Assembly (NCBI GenBank): GCA_963841435.1
Contig: CAWJCS010000006.1
Location: forward strand, 480,001-544,000
Source: an uncultured delta proteobacterium
GTDB lineage: Bacteria; Myxococcota_A; Polyangia; Polyangiales; Polyangiaceae
Direction of reading: 5' to 3'
Length of the DNA: 64,000 nt
Shown one piece after another: positions 52,801 through 61,030 of the stretch (position 1 is its first letter; each line of letters opens with the position of its first letter). The notes under the pieces are model-generated. The model was not told the DNA's origin and did no database searches. It was given only the letters and a program-made list of their open reading frames with translations. The translations under genes and the position numbers were made by a program.

Positions 52801-55204
52801 GATACGCGAGCGAGATCGTCGGGTCGAGCGCGATGGCGCGTTCCAGCCACGTGTCAACGTCCGCGGGATCGCGGAGCTCGCTGCGGATCGTCGCCTCGAC
52901 GAGCGAGAGCGCGGCGTGCGTCGAATCCTCGCAGGCTTCGGCGAGGCGCACGAGCGCCGCGCTCGCCTCCTGGGCATCGAGCGTCGCGAGCCGCGCGCGC
53001 AGCGGTGCCTCGAAGCTCGCGTCGAGATCCGTCGCCTCACGGTAGGCATCGCGTGCTGCGCTCTCGTTGGAGCCGAGCTCGGAGAGCAGCGCCCGCAGCA
53101 GCGCTCGATCGCGCGCCGACGGCTGATTCGGCCCCGGCGTGCCCCATTCGCCGAGCGCCTCGCCCACGCGCTCGGCGGCGCTCGCGAGCACGAGGAGCTC
53201 GATGTCGAGCACGCGCGACAGCGCATGGTCGGCGTGCTCGGCACGGAAGCCGTCCACCGACGCGAGCAGCGCCATCGCAGAATTTTCGGCGCCGGCCTGC
53301 GAAAGCGCGCGACCGAGCGCTGCCTCGCTGCGCGACGTCTCGTTGCCGGCTTCGCCGCTCGGTCGACCGGACGTTGCGAGAACGGCGGCCCTGAGGGGAG
53401 CAAAGGTCTCGCCCTCCAGGGCCTCGACGCGGCTCCCGAGCGCTTCGCCGGTCGCGCCCGTGAGCGCGGCGAGCACGAGTCGATCCTCGGGCGTGAAGGC
53501 GTCATCGCTTGCCGCCAGCGCCTGTTCGAGCAGCGCGGCGTCACCGAGCTCGAGCGCTCGCGCGGCGAGGCTGCGGCGCGCGGCACGCTGATCGGGGCCT
53601 TCTGTCAGGGCTTGCAGCCGGTTCCCGCCGTCCGCGCGGGTCGCCGGATCGTGGATGAGTAGCGCCGCGGAGAGCCACGCCGAGGCGCCGGCGAGCCCCG
53701 CGACCTCGCCGACCTCGGAGAGCGCGGCGGCGGCCCCGGCGCGATCCCCCTGCGACAGGGCGCGGCGAGCGATCGCGAAGGCAGCGGCTCCCGTGCGGTC
53801 GGCCGGCTCCCCGACGCCGCTCCGGAGGGCCACGATTCGGCGCAGTGCCCTCGCGATGGGCAAGAGCTCCGGCTCGTCGGGCAGCGTTTCTGTGGGCGCT
53901 GCGGCGGATTCGCCGAGGGCCCGCGAGAGCCGCGCCAGATGCCCACGAGGATCGTTCGGCTGCGCGCTCACCGCGAGCTCGAGCCTCTGCTGCGCCGCGG
54001 CGTCGTCGCCGAGGCAGAGCCGGTGCACCTCCGCGTCGAGGAACGCTGCGTGCGAGCGAGCCTCCGGCGTGGAGGCGCTGCGAAGCTCGAGCTCGAGCGT
54101 GCTCGCGACGGTCTTCCAGTCACCTCCGGCGGCGGAAAGCCAGCGGAGCTGCCGCCCCGCGACGGCGCCTCGTCCCGCGGCGCTCGCGTCCTGCGCGGCT
54201 CGGCGGGCGCGCTCGAGATCGCCGGCGATCGCCCAGATTTCGCTCGCCACGACCAGCGCACGCGAGCGGCTCGCCGGATCGGAAATGCGGCGCGCTTCCG
54301 TCTCCATCCATTCGGCGCGCAGCACCCACTCGTCGGCATGACCCGGCTGTGGGACGAGCGGCGCCGGTGCGCCCGGCGGTGCCACGGAGGCCGGTAGCGA
54401 GGGAGCCGGCACCGATATGCGGCGGGGCGCGGCGACGGGTGGCGCGCGCACGGCGGGTGCCGACCCGAGCACCGGAACCGGCGGAGGCTCGGGGGCAATG
54501 CGCGCGGGAGCAGGCTCGCTGGCGGAGGGCGGGCTCAGGCTCTCGAGCTCTTCGAGCGCCGCGATCTCCGCGTTGCTGAGCGACGTGCGCTGGCTCTCCG
54601 GCGCTTCGTCTGGTTCCTCGTCGATGCGGAAGTTCGGAGGCGGTGGAGCAGTCGGCGCGGCTTCCACCGGTGAGGGCGAGCGCCCGAACGCGCTCGGCGA
54701 ACCTGGCCGCGGTGGCTTGACGCGTGTCGTCGGTGCGGGCGTGGCACTTCCCGGCCGCGGCACGGCGGGCGGTGACCGGAGCCCCGGCGCCGGAGGCCTC
54801 CCGGCCGCGGGTGGCTGCATGAGCGGCGTGCGCGCGGTGGTGTCGCGCTCGGCCAGCTTCGGCAGCCTCGGTAGCGGGGGAGCGGCGAGGCCGCCTTTCG
54901 ACGGCGAGTCGAACATCTCGCGCGGTCCGACGAGCGTCACTTCGTCGTCGGGGTAGCTCGGTCGGAAGGTTTCGCGATCCTCCGCATCGAGCGGCTCGGG
55001 CTCGATCGACTCCGGGGGCTCGGATTTTGCCGGTGGGGGCGGCGGCGCCGTGCGAGGAGCATCGTCGTCCATCAAGGAGTCGAGCAGGGCATCGGGCTCG
55101 AAGTCGAGATCGCCGCCCAAGGCCTTGCCGATCGTGCCGGGGGTACCGCTCGCGCCCGCACCGGGGCGCGGCGGTCGCGTGCCGCGGTCGTCCGAATCAC
55201 TCAT
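49849..55204 (-). CDS. Giant TPR-repeat protein B (Pro-rich N-terminus, degenerate M48-like C-terminus); apparent +1 frameshift near 50744
   Basis: ATG 55204 overlaps the upstream stop (ATGA). Continuous Ala/Leu/Glu-rich TPR helices. Joining ORFs 50570..55798 and 49849..50892 gives 1784 aa. Confidence 0.85.
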
Positions 55205-58200
55205 CGGACCCCCATTCCGAGCCGCTCGCGCAGCATCAGGTACGGCGGCGAGAGGACGAACGAGAGGAGTCGGCGCATCCGCTCCTGGCCTTCGAGCGAC
55301 GCGGCCGGGCGCCCGCGGTTCCTGGCGTCGCCCGCCAGCACCCAGGAGACGTCGCCGGCCGCAACCGCCGCCATGCGGTCGAGGCTCGACGTCGCTGCGC
55401 GATAGAACGTCAAGAGGTCCTGCCCGGAATCCGCGACCTCGCGAGCGAGCTCCGGCAAGAGCTTCTTCACCCGGCGTGGCATCTCCTTGCCGAGCTGGCG
55501 CTGGAACTCCGTCAGCATGGCGAAGGGCGGCGCGTCGAGCTCGATGCCGCCGAGCTTGCAGGCCGCCACGACGAGCGCCGACACCTCGGGCGCCTCGCGA
55601 TGACCGAGCACGGTGGTCCCCCGGCGCAGCGCGAAGAGCTCGCGCGCCACCGACTGCCGGTAACCGGGGGAAAGCGGCGCCCGCACGCCCTCGCCGACGA
55701 CGAGGCTCGGCGGGTCGCTGGCGACGCCGAACACGGCGCCCGGATCCCGCCCGCCCACGTACACGTCGATCTCGGGGATGCCGAGCGCTCCGGCCCACGC
55801 GACGATCTCGTTGCGAATGGGGTGCCCCGCCTTCGGGTCGACGCGCTCCTTCTTGCTGACCCCGAGCGCCGCGAGGTTCGGTCCGATCGCCGCGGAGATC
55901 GTGGTTCCGAGCTCGCGCATGAGCCGCGCGAGCGCGCCGCCGTCCTCGGGGTCCGCGAGATTGGGAATGGAGTCCTCGTCGATGGCGATGCTCGGAACGT
56001 GTGCGACGCGCCGGTCGAGCTTCGCGAGCTCCGTGTCGAGCGGCCCCGGTTCCACACCGAGCGCCACGAGCGCGCCGAGTGTCGCTTGACGCAACGGATC
56101 GTCGCCGAGCGCGAGCGCGATGCGGGAGAGACGCTCCACGTTTTCGAGCTCGACCTTGCCGGCGCCGAGCGCCCCGGCGACGGCTATCCTGCCGGCATCG
56201 AGCAGCGGCACACTAAAGTCGCTCGGGAACGCACCGCCGAGCACCAGATCGAGCCCCTCGCCGTCGCCCGGGATCTCCGACAGGAGCTTGAGCGCCGCGG
56301 AGCGCGCCGAGGCCGGATTGCCGAGCCGGTCGCGCCGGATCGCGAGCGCGAGTCGCGCCGCCTCCGAGCGCCCCGCCGCCGCGTCGCGCTCGGTCATCAA
56401 GAGCTCGAACGTGGTCGCCGCGCGCTCCCACGCGCCCGCCTTGGCGGCGACACGTGCCAGCCGCTCGCGGACCTGCGCCGTGCCGAGCCCGGCGTCCTGC
56501 AGGCCGACGAGGACCGCGAGGGCGGAGGGCAAGTCCTTGAGCTTGTTCTCGCAGATGTCCACGGCGGCGATGCCGCTCATCAGGCGCTGCTGAGTGGGAG
56601 CGCCCGAGAGGCCCGAAAGGCGTCCGAGCTGCTCGGCAGCCTCGCCGAATCGCCCGAGCGTGAGGTGGATCTCGCCCGAGAGGGCGAGCGCGCCCACGTG
56701 GTCCGGCTCGAGCATGCGCACGTTCTCGAGGGCTGACAACGCTCCCTCGCGGTCGCCCGACGCGCGCATCACGCGCGCCCGCTCCCAGAACAGCTTGACG
56801 ATCTCGTCCGGGTCTTCGGCGACGTCGAGCCGCCGCGCGATGAGATCGAGCAAGCGGGGACCGTCCTTGCGTTCGCGCACGATGCGGAACAGCCGGTCGA
56901 ACGCGCTGCCGCGTCTGATGTCTCGTTGGACCGCGCGACTCAGCGCGAGCTCACCGCGCTCGCGATCGTCGAGCTCGTCCATCAGAGATCGTGGCAGCGC
57001 GCTCCCAGAGCTCGGCGCCGCGAGCGTCGTCGTGCACGGCGTCGCCCAGTGCGGCCGCGGCCTCGGCGACCACCGATTTGTCGCCCACGAGCTCTGCGGC
57101 GGCGCGCAGGCCTTCCCAGCCGATCACTTCCTGCGGAGCCGCCTCGACGACGCCCCGAAACGTCGACATCGCGGCGTCGGCGTCGCCGGCGGCCAGCTGG
57201 TTGTAGCCCGCGAGCGCCTGGGTCACGGCGAGCGAATCGTCGCCGAACAGCGTGCTCGCTCGCGCGAGCGCGTCGCCGCGGCGCCTGGGGTCGGAGCCGG
57301 GCGGCGCGATCTCGACGTTGGCGAGCAGCACGGGAGCGCTCCCGCCGTCGAGAGGCGGCGGCTCCTCGAGCCCCGTGAGCCAGGCCGCGAGGCTCGCGCT
57401 CGCGGCGATCGCCTCGCCGCTCTCTCCGCCGAGGCGCTGGGCGAGCGCTCGGCGCGCCGCGACTTCGGCGCCGACGTCATTTTTCGCGGCCGCGGCGGCC
57501 AACCATTCGAGCGCCGCCGCCGCGGACGCGTCAACCTCCGCCCAGCGCGCGGCCGTGGCTTCGGTCTCGGCCGCGTCGGGTCGCCCGCCCTTGGCCTGCG
57601 CGAGCTCGAGCTCGAACGCCGCGGCGCGCGCGAGCGCGGCCGCGTCCGTGCTTTTTTCGGCAAGCGTGTCGAGCGCCGCTGCCCGCTGCGTGCGCTCGGT
57701 GCCGTCCCAGAGGGCCGTCGCGAGCAAAAGCGCCGCTCCGGGACCGTCTTCGGGGGGCATGACCGCGCGCGCCAGCGCCGCACGCGCGAACGGCTCCTGG
57801 CCCGAGGGCCCCACTTCCAGCGTGAAGCGCTCGAGAGCGTTCGTTGCGAAGTCCGTGGCCTCGGACGCCTCGAGGGCGCGCCGCCGCGCTTCCGGCGCAT
57901 CGGGATCCGCGGCGCGAAGCGCCCACGCGGCCATCGAGCTGGCAGCTTTCTCCGAGGCCTCGGCGGCAAGCTCGAAGGCTTCGAGCGCCCGCTTCTTGTC
58001 GCCGCCGCGCCACTCGATGAGCCCCGCTTCCAATCGCAGCGCCGCGCCGAGCTCATGGTCGCCCGTTGCGCCGGCCAGCGCGAGCAGAGCGCGCGCCGCT
58101 TCCACCGGCCTTCCGGCGCTCGCCTCGAGGGTCGCGAGCGCCACGCCGGCCACGGGATCGCCCGGCTCGTCGTCGGCGAGCGCGGCCAAAAGATCCCGCG

Positions 58201-60017
58201 CAACGTCGCTTTCGCCTGCCCTTAAGGCGCGGAAAGCCGCAGCCATGCGCTCGGCACGCGCGAGCTCCTGGTCGGTCTCGTCTCGTGCGAGCGCCACGAG
58301 CGGCGCCCAGGGCTCGGCTGCGGCAGGCGGGGCGTGCGTGGCACCGGGTGCGGGCGCAGCCTGCGTCGCCGCCTCGGCGTCGCTCGTGGCGTCGCGCTTC
58401 GGAAGCAGCTCGAGCGCGAACGCTTTGAGAGCGTTGCCGAGGAATGCTCCTCCGGGAGTCTGGGCGATGGCGTCGAAGGCGCGCTCCGCTGCCGAGCGAT
58501 CCCCGCGCAGCGCGCGCGCGCGGCCGAGCTCGAACCAGAGACTCGGCTGCTCGTCCGGCGAGACGCCCTGGCCGATGACCCGGCGCGTCGACTCCTCGTA
58601 CCAAGTCGCGTCGTCGATCGACGCCGCCAGCAAGCGCCCGACGCGCGCGACGAGCGTCGGCGGCGCGCCGGCCATTCCGGCCTGTGAAAGCGCCGCGCGC
58701 GCCCCCTGGGAGTCGCGGGCCTGGCGAGCCCAGAACGTCGGCTGCGACGAGGTAGAACCCCGCGCGCGCTCGGTCCGTTGCCACGCGCTCCGCTGCGGCT
58801 TCGAGCGCCGTCGCCGTGGCCGGCGCGTCCCCGCTCGCGCTCAAGAGGTCGAGCTCGAGCGCGCGCGCGGGGATGCTGCTCGCATCCTCCTTCAGCGCCC
58901 GTCGCACGGCGTCGAGCGCTCCGGCCCCGTCCGAGTCGGCAGCGGCCGCCTCGGCGACGCGCAGCCACAGCGCTGCGGCGAGCTGCCCGACGGCGCCCGC
59001 CTCGAGCTGCGACCGGGCGAGCCGCGCCATCGTGGAGGAGTCGCCCGTTGCCTCGGCGGCAGTGAGTCGAGCGTGGGTAAGCGCCGGGTCGCCCGGCAGC
59101 TCGGCGAGGGCCTTGTCGAGCAAGGCCGTCGCGTCGAGCGGCGAGCCCGCCTGCCGGTGGGCTTCGGCCGCGCGGAGCCAGCTGTCGGCCGCATGAGCCG
59201 CGGAGCGCCGGTGGAGCGGTACGCCGAGCCCGTCACCCGCGGACGCGTCGGCCGTGGCCTTCTGGATGAGCTCCGCCTGTGCCTCGAGATAACGGGCCTC
59301 GAGCTCGCGGCGCCCCACGGCCTTCGCGAGCCGCGCGCCGCGTTCGAGCGCGATGAACGTGGCCGGGCCATCGAGCGAAATGGCCTCGTCGCACGCTGCC
59401 TCGACCCCGGCGTCGTCCGCCGCGGCGGCGTGGAGCGCAGCGAGGTCGAGCAGGAGCAGCGCGCGCCATTCGGGCAGCGTCGCGAGCGCGGCACGCTGGG
59501 CGAGCGCCCGTTCCTCGAGCTCGTGATCGCCGGCCTTGAGCGCGAATAGCTCGAGCGCCAACCAGACGCTCACGTTGCCCGGGACCTCGTCGGCGGCCTG
59601 CTCGGCGAGCGCACGCGCTCGACCGGCGTCCCCTTCCTGGTCGAGCACGAAGAACGCCTGCTCGAGGAGCGCGCGGACCCGCTCGTTGGGGTTCGAGGCG
59701 ACCTTGACGAGCCGATCGAGGAGCTTGCCCAGGTTTTTGTAGGACTGGCGTCGCTCGATGATCGCGATGAGCCGCTCGAGGGGCTCCGTGAAATCGGGCT
59801 CCGCGTTGACGGCGGCCAGCTGGTCGCGGGCGGCGGCCGCCTCATCCCCGAGCGCCTCCTCGAGCACCCCGACCTCGTGCAGGAGGATCGCCTGCCGTGC
59901 CGTCGTGCCTCCGGCGTCGTGCTCGGCGCGCAGCCGGTTGATGGCCGCCACGACCAGCGCCGAGTCCTGCGCTGCCGACGCCGAGAGAACGCTCCCCGTC
60001 CTGGTCGTGCTCGTCAT
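55201..60017 (-). CDS. Giant TPR-repeat protein A (degenerate M48-like C-terminus); apparent +1 frameshifts near 58734 and 56986
   Basis: Three ORFs join cleanly (AADV/WARQARD and AATI/LMDELDD) after removing two single bases, giving 1604 aa. Confidence 0.85.
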
Positions 60018-60132
60018 CTAACTAAAAAAAACGCACCCTGCGGGCGGGCTCGAAAGCCTCAGAATAGTCCGCCTTCCATCCGCCTGTGAACCGTCTCTCG
60101 CCGCCAAGCCCCCCGCCGGCGTCGCTTTTTCG

Positions 60133-60714
60133 TCAGTTGATTCGCCTGACGACCCAGTACCCGCGCGGCGTATCCACTGGCTCTGGGGCCACCGCACCCT
60201 TTTCGAGCGTGAAGAGCACGTACTCGGCTGCCGATTCGAGCACGCCCCGCGGAACTCTACCCGCGTTCGCCGTGGATCCGCGGTCGCCGTGTGCCACGGC
60301 GGCCGAAAAATCCCGCTTGGCCTCTTCGATGGCCGCGCGCGCCTTGTCGCGGGCCTGCTCTTTCGTGCGGGCGCCGGTCGGTGCGAGCTCGGCGCCGGCG
60401 TAGGTGAAGACGACGACGCCGAATGTCGCACTCTGCGGCGCGGACTCGGGCAGGGGCGGCGCTTTGCGGCCGTCGAAGAGCACATCGAAGCCCTCGCTGG
60501 CCGCTAGCTCCTCGGGCGGGGGGAGCTCCGCCGCGTCGAGCGCCGGAGAGGCCGAGGACGAAGCCAGGGGTGGCGCCGAGGCCGAGGCTCTGGGGTTTGC
60601 GGACGCCGTTGGCCGCTTCGGGGAGGGCGCGGGGGCCTGCCGCGACACGGCGAAAGCGATCGCCAGCCCCACCAGGAACAGGAGCCCGACCGCGATCGTC
60701 TTGGAGCGCTGCAT
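60133..60714 (-). CDS. Membrane-anchored parvulin (PpiC-type rotamase)-like protein
   Basis: TM helix, Pro/Ala linker, RTKEQARDKA, DFSAAV, LFTLEKGAVAPEPVDTPRGYWVVRR. Confidence 0.82.
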   Translation of the reverse strand: MQRSKTIAVGLLFLVGLAIAFAVSRQAPAPSPKRPTASANPRASASAPPLASSSASPALDAAELPPPEELAASEGFDVLFDGRKAPPLPESAPQSATFGVVVFTYAGAELAPTGARTKEQARDKARAAIEEAKRDFSAAVAHGDRGSTANAGRVPRGVLESAAEYVLFTLEKGAVAPEPVDTPRGYWVVRRIN

Positions 60715-61030
60715 CGCGGAGCGCCGTAGCACGGCCGCCCTTTTTTGCCGAGACTAACGCGGCAACTTGGGGGAGCCCTTCTCGCAGCCCCGGGAAAGAC
60801 GTAGTACTACAACTCGAGTTGGGCGATCTTGGCTCCCATTGCCGGGTAGGGGAGGCAGAAACGTCGGGCCAACGCCGCCCTGGCGGAGGTCCCGCGTCCG
60901 TCGCGGTGCTCGAACCGAGCCTCGTGCCGGCCTCGCCAGCGCTCTTCTGCGGCGAGTCGCCGCTCGCGCCGATCGAGATCTTGCCTTCCAGGATTGCCCA
61001 AGTCGAGACTAGAGGCAGAAAGTAGAGGCC

